Origin: Octopus vulgaris
Lineage: Eukaryota
Length of the DNA stretch: 64,000 bases
NCBI GenBank assembly: GCA_951406725.2
Contig: OX597824.1
Span: 97,216,001 to 97,280,000, forward strand
Direction: 5' to 3'
Positions 1 through 14,044 of the stretch are shown here, in pieces (the first letter of the stretch is position 1; the number at the start of each line of letters is the position of its first letter). The notes under the pieces were generated by a model that worked only from the letters and a program-made list of their open reading frames with translations, ran no database searches and was not told where the DNA came from. The translations under genes were made by a program, and so were the position numbers.

Positions 1-1710
1 TCTCCCTCACCTCTTCTAACAATGTTCCTCCTCCTCCTTTCCTTTTCCTTTCCTCCCCCTCATTCCCATGGTTCTATAGAAAGAACGAGTTTCTATGCTG
101 CCTATGTATCGCCTCCTAAATCTTAGTTTGTTCTGTTTCTTATATAAAATAAGCGTAAAGTTTATTTTCATAATTCACGTGGGCAAGGGGAGGGATTTTC
201 GTGTACCCTGTGTTTTAATGTCGGGTGGTGATTAAAATCTGGGTGTGAAAAATGATTTTATGACCCAGGTGGGTGAGTGTATTGCAGTCATACAACAGTA
301 AACCGGAAGCAACATATGGGTGAGACAATTACCTTTGGCAGCAAGGGTAATCCTGGATGCGTGGGGTTACATAATTGGCCCCAGTGTGGCTCTCACTCAA
401 CTAGCACCAAGTATTGCTCCTCTTCCGCATTCTGTTTTTTTCCCCTTAAATTTTCTTCATTGATTTAGAGCAAACATTTATGAATTTGTAAATCCGTCTT
501 GTATTGGCCTCCCACGCTCGTGGCAAATAATATCACCACCACCACTACTACTACTACTACTCTCATCATCATCTGCATCAGTTTCGTCGTTGTTTTGTTG
601 GGGATTAATTAGCAGAGAAAATGAAACAGAAATATAAAGGAAGACCTTTTCTGAAAATATCGACGCACAGACAGACAGAATAATTACTTCAAAGAGACAC
701 ACACGCAAAACTACAACGCAACAGTGAAATACAAACATATAAAAGGAAGAAGAAATGAGAAAAATGAAAAGAAAATAGAAAATTGGAAAGTCAATCAACA
801 ACGAAGGGAAAATAAAAATGGAATTGGCAGAACAAGTGATGAAACATCCAAATATTACTGAGAGGTCACAAGGGGTTTTGTGAGGTTAAAAAAATTGTTT
901 TACACTCACGTGATTAAGGATTCTATATATCGTTGCTTGGTACTATAGTTACGTATCATAGGCGACTGTCTCCTACTTCAGTTACGAGTTTACTCATATC
1001 TTGAAGGGGAATTTGCGTAGATTAAAATTGTAGAGAAGCCCAATCAGATGGCCCGAACACGTTGCTGCCTATTTGACTGGTTTAACACCACCAGCTAGTC
1101 ATTGGTCGTCTTTGGTACGATCCACTATATTACAAACATTTTAACCTCTACTTCCACCAAACAGTATTCACGCAGATTCTTTAAATTGTCTTACATTCCT
1201 TACTTGACTAACTTACGTAAATATGACGGTAAAACAACGGGAGTGGTACTCGTACAAAACGTCTGTAAGTATTTAGAATTTAAGAAAACTATTTCGAGTA
1301 TTAATGCCGCTATTCATAATCTACCAATAATGAATTAGCTAAAGCGTTTGTAATTATTAAGAGCAATACATATTTTGCTGGTGAGGAGGATAGAACGAGA
1401 AAGCTTTTACTTATTTTGTAGATCCCAGGAAAAATAAGGCAATTTTCATTGCAATTAGATTTTACGTAAGAACTGAATACAACAAATCATTTTGACTGAC
1501 GTCTTAATGTTTATTTCATTCCATCATGCTCTGACTTGTAACATTGGACCAGTCGAATGTCTCTATATTTTACGACTGCAGAAATAACATTGAGTTATGG
1601 CAGATGATAAAGGGGTGAAGTGGTGGGTGAGAAGAAAGAGATGTTTCAGTCCACCTCTCCCTAGCAGCGTGTTGAGTTCAAATTTCACCTTAACCGTTCA
1701 TTTTTTTTTA

Positions 1711-2046
1711 GAATGGCTCAGTGGTTAGAGCGTCGAGCTTACGATCGTGAGGTTGTGAGCTCGAATCCCGGACCGGGCTGTGTGTTGTGTTCTTGAGCAA
1801 AGCACTTTATTTCACGTTACTCCAGTTCACTCAGCTGTAGAAATGAGTTGCGACGTCACTAGTGCCAAGCTGTATCGACCTTTGTCTTTCCCTTGGATAA
1901 CACTGGTGGCGTGGAGAGGGGAGGCTGGTATGCATGGGCGACTGCTGGTCTTCCATAAACAACCTTGCCCGGACTTGTGTCTAGGAGGGTAACTTTCTAG
2001 ATGCAATCCCATGGTCATTCATGACCGAAGGGGGTCTTTACCCTTT
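1711..2046 (+). mobile_element. tRNA-derived SINE (family 3)
   Basis: A-box tggctcagtggttag and B-box-like gctcgaatccc head, followed by ttgtgttcttgagcaaagcacttt body and a ctttaccctttat tail. Confidence 0.8.
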
Positions 2047-3661
2047 ATATAACATACCAGTAGTACACTTAGTTTGATTCAATTTTTTATGCTCTCCGCC
2101 CGTTCTCTCTGCATGCATATACAATGTGGCGCTGCCAAGTCATACATCAAAGCGTAGAGGACCGTTTGAAATCGTATTTTGAAACGTTTTCTTTTACAGT
2201 TATTACGATCTTCCAGCCTAAATCAGTATCGGATTCATTTCTTCCCATGAATAAAAGAAACGCTTTAGACGTACCAACACAGAGTTGTTTAGATTCCAAC
2301 CTATATCTTACACCATGCGGATTTTCACTCATACGATCATGGCTTATATTGATTACAACACCAACAACAGTACCAACACAAGCAGTAAAACACCACCATA
2401 CATACATGACAAGTATATTAGGTAACACCCATAAAAGGCGGGGGGAGGCTAGTTGCTCTTGCATGGTGTACAATGACGGTCCAGCGGGAGGCCAATGTGA
2501 GGCCGAGGTGGTCGACTATACGGCTGTGCTGATACTCAGACTTAGCGACCATAGTAATAGCAGCAACGGATTATCCAACAACATCGAGGGTACCAGGAGC
2601 AGCAACAGCGGCAAAAAAACCAGCACTGGCGCCAGCGGCCTCAGCACCAACACTACGGTCAGAGAGGATGGCCACGCCGATACCAATAGCACCACCAGCG
2701 AGGCTAACGGCCCCACAACCAATATTATCAACGACGGTACTCACATCACCATCGGCGACAGTAGCGCCAACGCCACGGTTAGGGATGATCAACACAACAA
2801 CCGCAGCCTAATCGCAGGACCCTTATAAATATGTATCTATAATATCTTTTGCTTTGGCCGACGCACTCTCCTGTTGAGTTCGCCCTGTTGGTGCACAGGA
2901 CTTTAGCGAAATACTCCCACCCGCACGCGAAATCCACACTACCAAGAGACCGATCGCCCAAAGTATATTATCGATCTCTACCATGGTACCAGGTTTGGAT
3001 TTTCGACAGACAGCACTAAATAGGTATATTTACACACACACACATACACGTATGTATGTATGTATATATTCCGCTGAGAAATGGAAAGGTCTCTGAAAAA
3101 CCCCAGATCTTGAGATTCGCGATTACTTAGCGATGGACTCCAATGGGGTTGGGACTTTAGTTAACCTTTTGTAAGACACCTAAATATAAAATGATGAAAT
3201 GGGATCCCTCCCTATCATTTCCCTCTAAGCTTGCAGGCGTTTTTCACCGTCACAGTATTTGGCCCCTGATCTCAATAATGATGACCCTTAAAAGTAAATC
3301 TCCATAAATAAGATTTGTTCGATTAAACACAAAGCAAAAGAACCGATAAATGATTGAGAGAGACAAAGGGGAAAAGAAGACAAAAATGGTGGCGTTCTTT
3401 GGAGAAGTTAATCCCATTATGAGCTTTAGTTGCTAGAAATTGATAATCAATAATATTATGGAAGACATGATAGTAACCATGACTGTATGGTTAAAAAAAG
3501 GATCGTTTCGCAACATCATAGTTCAAGATTCGGGAAGAGTTTTCTATCATTGCGTCAGGTTTATCGATATTCTGTAAGAATTGATAGAAGGTGATTAAGA
3601 GGAAACAACTCGTCTGTGTGCGAGCTTGTCTTTATATATATACACATATAAAGATGTATGC

Positions 3662-3727
<66 letters not shown>

Positions 3728-4085
3728 ATGTATTTGTGTGTGTATATACATATACATATGCATATATTTTTTAATAATATATTATTATTATTAATATAAG
3801 GAAATTACTATCCAAACTCATCATAAAGATTTACCCGTGGAAAAGAACTTATTGTATTAAAAATATATATAAACAAATAAATATAAAAATATAAATATAA
3901 TGTATAAAATAAATTTGATACTTTAATAGTGTTAATATTTTTTATACAATGGAGCACTCAATATAAATTCAGTATATAATATTCTTATTGAATATATTTA
4001 CGTAAAGATATATATATGTATGTATACATTGTTTTTTTGTATTCCACCTGCCTTCGTCTTTTGTTTATTTTCGTAAACCTTCCCG

Positions 4086-4119
<34 letters not shown>

Positions 4120-4128
4120 TTATTTATA

Positions 4129-4680
4129 AAGGGTGCGGTGAATAAACTGTCGTTTAAATCACGCAAAACTTGAAATAACACTGACGTCTCATTTTAACAT
4201 ATAGTTACCAAACTTACATAAAAATATCTTGAAATACTAAAGAATAAATTTATTCAATAAAATCGCCATTGGCTTGAACCACGGCCTCCAGGCGTTTTTG
4301 GAATCTCCTGCAACTCTTTTGGACGGTCTCCTTGTTTAAGTTTGTAAATGCTTCCATAACGCCTGCCTTCAGTTCATCTTTGGTATTACAAGGAGTTTTA
4401 CTGGTCTCTCGCACAATTGTGCCCCACACATAATAATAAAGAGGTTTGCAGTCTGGGGAGTTAGGTTGCCAGATGGTAGGGGTAATGTGGTCGCAGAAAT
4501 TGTACGACACCCATTATTGGGTTCTCCTGCTTGTGTGGCAAGGTGCAGAGTCCTGTTGCCAGACATAGGGTTTTCCAGCAGCAGTAACTCCTCCAGGAAC
4601 TCGATGAAGTCGCGTGGGAAGATGAATGAATGCATAACGTCGCCATCATTAGTGATGTCGACTGGATGTTTCATTTTTAT
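4129..4680 (-). mobile_element. Tc1/mariner-superfamily transposon, 3' fragment with degenerate transposase
   Basis: ORF 4250-4510 has WQPNSPDCKPLYYYVWG (WPPNSPDLNP-type motif) and ends RLEAVVQANGDFIE. A TA-flanked terminus aagggtgcggtg lies at 4129. Confidence 0.85.
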
Positions 4681-4939
4681 CACTCTCGGTACATATCCTC
4701 AGATTGCAATGCTCTCTGATTGACGTCCAAACACTCTATGTATGTGTAAATATGACTATATCGCTAAGAATGTATCCGCTTTGCAGCCTCGTGCTTTTGG
4801 GTTCAGTCCCAGAGCTCATCACTTTGAGCAAATGACTGTTACTGAAATCTCTGAGCGACCAATGATTTCTGAGTGAATTTGGTGACTGGAAATTATGTAG
4901 ACGCCCTACGTATATCATTTATGCTTTGACAAGTGGTGT

Positions 4940-5105
4940 TACTTTGTTTGCGTCCTCGTAACCTAGCGCTTCGACAAAAAGAACTGATAGAATAAGTGTC
5001 AGTCATTAAATGCATAAATACTGAGGTCAATTTATTCGACTAAAACCCTCAAAGGTGGTGCCCCAACATGGGTGTAATCCAATCAATGAAACAAGATAAA
5101 AAGGA
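4940..5105 (+). mobile_element. Degenerate 3' half of SINE family 1
   Basis: gatagaataag...aaggtggtgccccaacatgg...tgaaacaagataaa matches the 3' part of the copy at 8621. Confidence 0.7.
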
Positions 5106-6927
5106 AGCATGTATATGTTTGAAAAGAGAGGGAGAGAAAGTGAGCGAGAGAGAGAAAGGAGAGTAAGGAGAGAGAGAAAGGAGAGTAAGAAGAGAGGTTG
5201 AATGAAATCTGAAAGCATGAAATAAAAAGGGATTTTAAATGAATGCAAGTAGGCGTTCCAGTTATGGCCATCTTTTGGACACTGAGTATCTTAGCACACT
5301 TTGGTGTCCGTCCTTAAGGCCGTAAGATATAATCTAATGTAGACCCGGCTACCATTTCTAGCAGGTCGTGTATCCAGACAGAGATTTCTTTAATGTAATT
5401 CCGTGTGTTGTTTAGTCCCAGCTCAGCTCTTTAAACAAATCAAAGTTGCCGCAGGATCCTCTTTAATGCCATTATTTATTCAATTTTACCTTAACTCGCA
5501 TGTCACTTGCGTTAAGAAACTCGGTTGTAATTTTATCAGAATGTCAGTGCTACCTTTCACAAGTTTCTCAACCACATAGAGATGCATCGATAGCTCACAT
5601 AAAGTGAGACATGCTGGCGTACCTGATAACCAATGAGGTCCCTTCTTTAATAAGCTACTCCAGTGTTATTTGATAGAGAATTGGCTGCCCTGTTTAGCAG
5701 GTCGAATAACCCCTACCACAACCGCATAAAAAGCGTAAATTTGATGTGGAATATCAATGCCTTCTTCCTTTCTTAATAGAAATAGTGTGATTTCAAAAGA
5801 AATTTAGCTACTCTATCTAGCAGGTCGTACTGGACTCTATTAATGGCACGAGTAATAAAGGTTATCGTTGATTCCGTGACTTAGAATTGTTACGAGGATT
5901 CCCTTCATGTTTATTCTATTGATGAAATCACCACCTCAGGGGCCAGAAAATCAATTTATACGAACTGAACTGAAAACCCTTTTAGACAAAGCTTGCAAAA
6001 GCGATAGGAATATCTTGTTAGGAGTTATAGAATATCAATTTATCATTAAAAGATAAATACGAGTTTTCACTAAAATAATTGGAAATCGGAATTTCGATAA
6101 CACCGAGTTTCTTCCCAGATATAATTCAATGAAAACTATACTTATATTTTTATATACAGAGAAAGTATTAACAACAACATTCAATGAAAAATAAACCTTC
6201 AGGTCAGGAACCGGCATCTGGTGGTTTTCTCTTGCCCCTTTTCAACTGTTCTGTTTACAATGCACTATTTTGTACTTCTATGAAATTTTTGAAAGATAGT
6301 AAAGGAAGAAACGAAGCAAAAAACGCCAAGCCACAGTAATGATGCTTTATTTATCAAAGCAGAAAGAATGAAATGAAAAATGACTTCAGCGGATTCTGAA
6401 CAGGGATTCCTGAAGTAAAACAACAAGCTAATATATCTGATACTCTTACCACATTGCCGAATGTCTGCGGTGACAACAACGCAGTTATATGGATTGGACG
6501 ACGATATGCTAGAACAGAGAATATGTTAGCTACATTCGAGGATTATATCGTGCAGGACAAATGGCCGTTTCTGTTGTCTAAGCCTTTTTAGATGTACAAA
6601 ATATTACAAAATACAGATCAATCTTATATATCGGAAATTTCAGCGAACACGATGTTATCAAGGCAGTCCTTAACGGCTTGAATTCAAAGCGAACTGACAC
6701 AGTGGCTATAATGCATGAACACAGACGAAAAGCACGTAAAGAAGAAATATGTTATGCTAAGAAAAGCCAGTTTAGCATTTAAACTTAGAAAAATTAAAAT
6801 GCTACCTCAGTACATTAGGTTATCTAAAGATGTTTACAGAATAGAAACTGTCGTTGGTCCTGTAGGATGTAATCCTCAAACAATCCTCCATTGTTCTTTT
6901 ATATGCACATTCCCTCCCACACGTATG

Positions 6928-6965
<38 letters not shown>

Positions 6966-7244
6966 CGATGTAATAGTTTGCTTGAAGCATCGTATGATAT
7001 ATAATGTTGAAAGAGATAGAAGGCTAAACAAATCAAAGTGTACGGTAAGATGAAGTAACGAAAATTAAAAGTTACCTGGTAATCTTTGTTTTGGCTTTTG
7101 TTTTATTGTTGTTAGTACTGGTCTTTTATGTGTCTAATATTTCGGGACCTAAAATTCCCTTCTTCACGGTTTAAGGAAATTTCGTTGGATAAAATTTCGA
7201 TTAAAATTTTCCCAAGCGCTTTTGATGGTTATTTCGCATTCACT

Positions 7245-8045
7245 GTGTGATGAGTTCTGATTTATTATTTATTCGCGGGTTGCATTTATATGTGAGCAAG
7301 GTTTCCTCAATTCTTACCTTGCTCGCATTTCTATCACTCGCTTTAATGGTAACAATAATACGTTCATTGTCGTTTCTACATTTGTCAATGAGGTTTATGA
7401 ATGAGGATGCGCGTGTGGAGTGTTCGAGTTCTGCTGCCAACGTAGAACTCCTTACATTTGTTGCATTCAATCGGGTATACCACATGTGTCTGCTGGCACA
7501 AACCTGTGTCGCGGATGGGGCAGTTATTCAACGAGCATTGATTGTTGTTGTTTTTGGATTGTTTTTTATACAGGCAGAGAAGGGTCGGAGTGTGCTAACT
7601 GTATGTCCAGTCCTTCTCTGCGGATTGCTCGCGACAGATAGCTCTGGGGATGACTGTGGTTATGCTTTCACTGAAATGTGATAATTTCATGAAGCAATTG
7701 TTAGAGGAGGGCTTATGTCTGCCGCGCCTTCGATTCTTAAGTCGATGGTTTGGGGATGTTGGGTATACGTTCACCTTCAGTACACCTATGAAGTGTGCAG
7801 TGGGAGTGATCTAGGTTTTCTTACTTGCTACATTTATTCTGGGTACGCGTAAATTCATTTCTTATCCGGTTTTAGCACCAAGGGGAAGGGTTGATCTATT
7901 ATGCACAGATGGGTCTCTGCTGGCAGCTCCCTGATAGAAGTTGGTGTATGTAGTACCTATATCTGTTATTTTAAGGTGGAATTCTAGCAGAGACGAGGAA
8001 CAATTTTCATCTGGATTTTGTGGGGTAAATCGTATGCTATCCGTG
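7245..8045 (-). mobile_element. Penelope-like element fragment (RT C-terminus plus GIY-YIG endonuclease), degenerate
   Basis: Manual minus-strand translation gives IRFT...LLEFHLKI...TNFY and CQQTHVVYPIECNKCKEFYVGS (GIY-YIG motif). ORF 7240-7485 ends RIEETLLTYKCNPRINNKSEL, typical of a PLE C-terminus. Confidence 0.8.
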
Positions 8046-8620
8046 TTTGAATACGTCGGAAATATTTTGCTGATGCAACGGTTGTGTTAAAAAAACACCA
8101 ACAGCTATTTTTAGGTACCTCCTGGCAGAGTGAGCAATGCATTTCTAACTTTTTGACAATCACCAGGTTCGTGTAACACAAAACAAACAACTCTGAAATG
8201 ATTTTGAAAACCTTCGCCTTCTTCTCTCTCTCTCTTTCTCTCTTTATATATAAATATACACTCACATTCACCCCACACACAGTGGTGTAGAAATTTTGTA
8301 TATTAAGAATAAGGAGATACTAAAGATTCTGGATAATTATTCATTTCGTTTGTTTCATTCTTTCTTTGTTCTCGTCTTTTACTTTCTTCTCCCTCTGACC
8401 AAGCTTCCAAAAATTCACCACGTGCACATACTTACACACACACATACATACGCGAATATACGCACACGCATATATACACCCACTCCTATATAATTTCAAA
8501 ATAACCAACAGCATTCTCTTTCCATTTTAACTCTGTTTTTCTTTTTCGACTGTCTCATATATGAGGCAAACATTTTCTGTAACAAACTCATTCATGATGA
8601 ATCTTTCTGAGTAGTTGATT

Positions 8621-9032
8621 AGGCGCAGGAGTGGCTGTGTGGTAAGTAGCTTGCTAATCAACCACATGGTTCCGGGTTCAGTCCCACTGCGTGGCATCTT
8701 GGGCAAGTGTCTTCTGCTATAGCCTCGGGCCGACCAATGCCTTGTGAGTGGATTTGGTAGACGGAAACTGAAAGAAGCCTGTCGTATATATATATATATG
8801 TGTGTATGTGTGTGTGTTTATGTGTGTGTGTGTTTGTCCCCCTAGCATTGCTTGACAACCGATGTTGGTGTGTTTACGTCCCCGTCACTTAGCGGTTCGG
8901 CAAAAGAGACCGATAGAATGAGTACTGGGCTTACAAAAAAGAATAAGTCCCGGGGTCGATTTGTTCGACTGAAGGCGGTGCTCCAGCATGGCCGCAGTCA
9001 AATGACTGAAACAAGTAAAGGAGAAAGAGAGA
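8621..9032 (+). mobile_element. tRNA-derived SINE family 1, full length, with internal (TA)/(TG) tract
   Basis: Head gtggctgtgtggtaag...gggttcagtccc, body cttgggcaagtgtcttct, tail ggcggtgctccagcatggccgcagtcaaatgactgaaac. Several homologous copies occur in the window. Confidence 0.9.
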
Positions 9033-9444
9033 GTTCAATGCGATAAATAAATAACGATCCAGAATTCTGACTATCTCCCTTTTCTTTATACACACACAAA
9101 TACACACACACACATACATATATGCATACACTCATAAATATGAGTTCCGATGTAAAGGAAAAAAAAACAATAATTTGGTTCATGCAAATAAAAACAGAAG
9201 TTAGAGTTTGTAATATTCCAGATTTATTCACGTTTCATCATTTGATCATGGTAGAGTGGTGGCGCGTTGTCGTTATTGAAGTAAAATGGTGGGGGATCTG
9301 TTGAGGTTGGGTGGTCAGGTGATGGTAGGTAAGGGGTTAACAGAGATGTGCACGCAGCCAATGAGAACACGAACAATAATATCAAAAAAATACAAAGAAT
9401 AAAATATTAAAGAGAGTAAAGCAGCCACAAATGGCTCGTGAATT

Positions 9445-9450
9445 CAATAC

Positions 9451-9481
<31 letters not shown>

Positions 9482-9640
9482 CACATGTATGTATGTATGT
9501 ATAGATGTATGTATGTATATATGCATATATATATATATACGTATATACATATATATATATGCATATACATATGTTTGTATATGCATATACATATGTTTGT
9601 ATATACATATATATGTATGTATATACATATATATGCATAT

Positions 9641-9699
<59 letters not shown>

Positions 9700-9735
9700 A
9701 GTATATATGTACCTATGTATAAATAAATATGTATA

Positions 9736-9775
<40 letters not shown>
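9445..9775. repeat. Compound (TA)n/(CA)n microsatellite
   Basis: Directly visible dinucleotide repeats. Confidence 0.95.
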
Positions 9776-9777
<2 letters not shown>

Positions 9778-9960
9778 CGGACCCATGAAAAGCGAACCTT
9801 CAACTATTCTGCCTATATGTCTCTGCACACCATTCAATGTCGTGTATGCCAGAGGGTCTTCAAATCTAATGAAGGCCTCAAAAGTCATTTTAAGGTCCGC
9901 AAAGATCAGAACTTGATTGCAGCTCTTGTTTTGTCCAAATCAAATATGCAATCTATGTGA
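9776..9960 (+). mobile_element. Probable 3' end of an RTE-like LINE
   Basis: Single degenerate finger CRVCQRVFKSNEGLKSHFKV resembling RTE ORF C-termini, abutting a (TA)n tract on its 5' side. Confidence 0.5.
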
Positions 9961-11054
9961 GTGTGTTTTCAATACATTGTCTGGTTGAAAAGACCCCATC
10001 CGACGGCCTGATGAATCTAAGGTGTGAGTACAAGAGGAGGTCAGAGTCTGCATAAAAAGTAGACAATCACCATATACATACATACATACATACATATATA
10101 TATATATATATGTGCATAATGTAACCCATGTAGTAGATTTATAATAAACAGAAATAATTTAGGTATTTCTCCATAGATTGGGAAATAATGATGAATACCC
10201 TTGATTTCGAACCCTCTCGGGTCCGCAGCACAGGTGTCCTCATCAATCTCACTGATACAAGAGAACCAAGAAGTCACTCTCTGTATATACTGTACAACAT
10301 ATGTAGCTACAGACAATTAGTAATTCATTTGCATTTAATTGAACAATGCAATCATTACATCAATTTAAACACAGGGCTAACCGCAGCTGCATAAAGAAAA
10401 AATAGGATAGTCTTCCATTTAAATTGATGCAATGTCTAACTTGTTCAATTAAAAGGAGCCGCTTGAAACGGTCGTACTGCATCACTTATTGATATCTTGT
10501 TGCTTATTTGGAATATATATATATATGCGCACATAGCATTGCTAAAAAGAAGTAATAATTTATTAGATACAGACCTAACTAGTCGTGATGTTTCTTTATC
10601 GTTGTACAGGAGTCATGTGGTTTTCATATAATGCTTGTTTACCCCAAATCATTCTGTCCCAATAAGAGTTCTTACTTAGGTTCGACAACAAAGACCTACA
10701 GATATGCAAATGAGCAAACTTCCGATTCTCCTGATCGGTGAAATAATAAAAGTACAATTAACCATATCAAATACATACACGTTTACACAGCATCTCTTCA
10801 GATGTGTGTGGATTGACACAATCTAGATGAGCACGCATGCGCATATATCTATACGATTTACGAATGAAATAACTAGGTTAAACATTCACACACAATTTCC
10901 GTCTATGTTAGAACGAAAGCTAGGAATGCATTTGTCAGTTAAATGGGGAAAACTTTAGGAATCACACTTGACTGTCATTTACATGTTCGCCTTTCATCTT
11001 CGTCAACTTCATAAATATTCATCAAACCATCTGTCATACACACACACACACATG

Positions 11055-11106
<52 letters not shown>

Positions 11107-12312
11107 ACACATGTGTACATAAATATGTATATATATATATATATATATTGATGAATCATTTTTCGTGTAAAGAATATTTAATGCGACAATGTTGCTTACA
11201 CTTGGTTGATATTGAAAACATAGAAACATGCGCAGAGAACTGTTGTCACAGCTACACACATGTGCCGTTAGGTGTCCCACAGTCTTAATGACATCAACAT
11301 TCACATTTGTCTTCATCTATAACAGTTCTTATACATTTCGTGTCCTGAATAATTTTCATAAATAAAGAATTTGTGTTGTATGTTGGTATTTATTTATGTT
11401 GCTCAAATACCTGTCACAGGTCACTCAATGTTATTTCTTTTACGTTCTTTTTGTTTAAATTATGCAAATTAACTCGGCTTTACATTTCTTCTCATTTTGT
11501 ATGTTTTGTGTCCACCGGATATGAAGCTGTACATTTGTTTTTCCAAGGGCCTCTATTGATCCAGAACCCATATCCACAGCTGCCCTCTTATCTGCTGGCA
11601 ATAAGACTATTATTTTCCCTAATGACGTAACGACTATGGAGAAATTCTTGAAATCTTTCGTCTCCCCTTTGCAAATTAGCTGGTCTTAATTGCAATTCGA
11701 TGATTGTAAAATTATGGTTCAACCTCTAGATGGGAGATAATTTTGATATATAAAGATTTTATGCTCTTTGGCATTTTATATACCTGTATTTGTCTCTCTC
11801 TCTCACACACACACACACACATATATATATTTATACACACATGCATGTGCCAACACCCATGTACGCACACGTGGTGAAATAGTTCATACTTAACAAAATT
11901 AATTTTATGCTAAACTGTTAGTGAGAGGGTTCACTGAAATTGTAGCTGAAAGGAAACAAATTTAGAGCGACGATGTAGAGAATGATACGTATTATTAAAA
12001 GAACTAATAAAACGAGACAGTTGAAAATATAACAAAGCCCCAAGTGGGGACAGATATAGATGAAATGTAGTCAGTGTTCAGAATCATTCTTTGTGGTTGT
12101 CAGATGTTTGTGGAGATCAGATGTTCACACAGGTGCTCTATGCTAACAAGTTGCATTGGTCGGCGTTACTTCATGAACGCTGACGGCGCACGTTGGTGAT
12201 TGTCTTTGCAATCGGTTGACAAGCGCATCATGTAATTATAAACTTCTTATGATATCTGACTACCAGAGAGATAATGTTTTAGAGAAACCATATGACGAGA
12301 AATACATACATA

Positions 12313-12356
<44 letters not shown>

Positions 12357-12377
12357 CGTATATATATATGTATATAC

Positions 12378-12411
<34 letters not shown>

Positions 12412-12449
12412 TTATATATATATGAATATACGTATATATATGTATATAC

Positions 12450-12488
<39 letters not shown>

Positions 12489-12623
12489 CGTATATATATA
12501 ATATACGTATATATATGTATATACGTATATATATATATATATGTATATATGTATATATATATATATATATACGTATATATATATGTATATACGTATATAT
12601 ATATATGTATATACGTATATATA

Positions 12624-12668
<45 letters not shown>

Positions 12669-12964
12669 GTATATATATATATATATATACGTATATACGT
12701 ATACATATATGTATGTATATACATATACATATATGTATGTATATACGTATATGTATACATATATATGTATGTATATACGTATACATATATGTATGTATAT
12801 ACGTATATGTATACATATATATATATATATATATATACGTATACATATATGTATATATATATATATATGTACATTTAAACAAATATATACACACATTTGT
12901 ATGTGTGTATTGATGCATATCTATATGCATGTGTGGAATATCTCTATATGTATGCATCAATGCA

Positions 12965-13023
<59 letters not shown>

Positions 13024-13385
13024 GTAGCTATATATGTATGTATGTATGTATATATGTATGTGTATGTGTGTGTGTTTGTGTGTGTATGTATGTATGTGTG
13101 TATATGTATATATATGTATGTATTTATATGTATGTATGTACATGTATGTGTATGTATGTGTATGTATGTGTATGTTTGTGTATGTGTATGTTTGTATATG
13201 TATGTATGTATATACATATGAATGTATGTATATGCATGAATGTATGTATATGCATGTATGTATGCATGTATATGCATATATGTATGTATGTATGTATATG
13301 CATATATGTATATGTATATATGTATATGCATATATGTATATGTATATATGTATATGCATATATGTACGCATATGTGCATCTGTAT
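12313..13385. repeat. Long compound (TA)n/(TATG)n microsatellite just downstream of the GPCR stop codon
   Basis: Directly visible repeat. Confidence 0.95.
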
Positions 13386-13594
13386 GTCTGTGTTCTTTCC
13401 TATATGAATGAGATATTGATGTCGATGCCGTTATCGGCAAATATTTCGTTTTTCCTTCATCTCCTATTTTCGCTTCCAAGAATCCGATATTTTTGGCAGT
13501 TCTTCCTTTTGAATCCACGTCGACATTTTTCTTTTTTTAATTTTCTCCCCTCAGTGTATTTCTCTTGATGTTTTCTCTTTGATACAATGCTACA

Positions 13595-13793
13595 TCAACA
13601 TGTTGTGGAAACGTCTAGACCCATGGCCGTTCTAGCCTTATAGTTATGGACCCGTATGTAACGGCACTGGAAAGCTGATATGAAACTCTGGCGGAAACGG
13701 CTATTCATGAAGCAGTAGGTGATTGGATTGCAACAGGAAGAGGTGTAGGCCAGCAGTTGGATGTACGATTTGGCCATCCCACTGAGGTGGCGG
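13595..13793 (-). CDS. CCKR: Terminal coding exon (TM7, NPxxY, helix 8, C-tail) of a cholecystokinin/sulfakinin-type GPCR
   Basis: Translates RHLSGMAKSYIQLLAYTSSCCNPITYCFMNSRFRQSFISAFQC...TTC*, the TM7 signature of CCK/sulfakinin receptors. Polypyrimidine acceptor ttcttctcttttccag precedes 13793, and the phase-2 junction (AG|C = Ser) matches the upstream exon. Confidence 0.92.
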
Positions 13794-14044
13794 CTGGAAA
13801 GAGAAGAAGAAGAAGAAATATGATAATATGGAATTAAGCAAGAGTAAGAATCCATTCTAATGTGTACTATACACAGTCAATACACTGAAGCAGGCGTATA
13901 CAAATATACATACAAATGTACACATATGAAATTACACACACAAACACACACGCATGCATATACATTAGGTGTGAGGTAAATGATCGAATATTTACACACC
14001 AAAATCCTCAACACTGATGCTAGATTAAAATAGGTTATACATAT

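Noticed and set aside
478-801. Acidic/Ser-rich ORF as an exon
   Set aside because: Composed of a pyrimidine-rich tract and short triplet repeats, with no clear splice acceptor or recognisable domain.
1711-1780. tRNA gene (also the heads at 8621 and 59512)
   Set aside because: No complete cloverleaf acceptor stem; the tRNA-like head continues into a SINE body.
9775-9960. C2H2 zinc-finger gene
   Set aside because: Single incomplete finger with no linker or array; better explained as an RTE-like LINE 3' end.
13380-13594. Extended GPCR C-terminus by readthrough or frameshift
   Set aside because: The protein-like ORF from 13518 is in another frame behind a TAA and runs into microsatellite; treated as 3' UTR.
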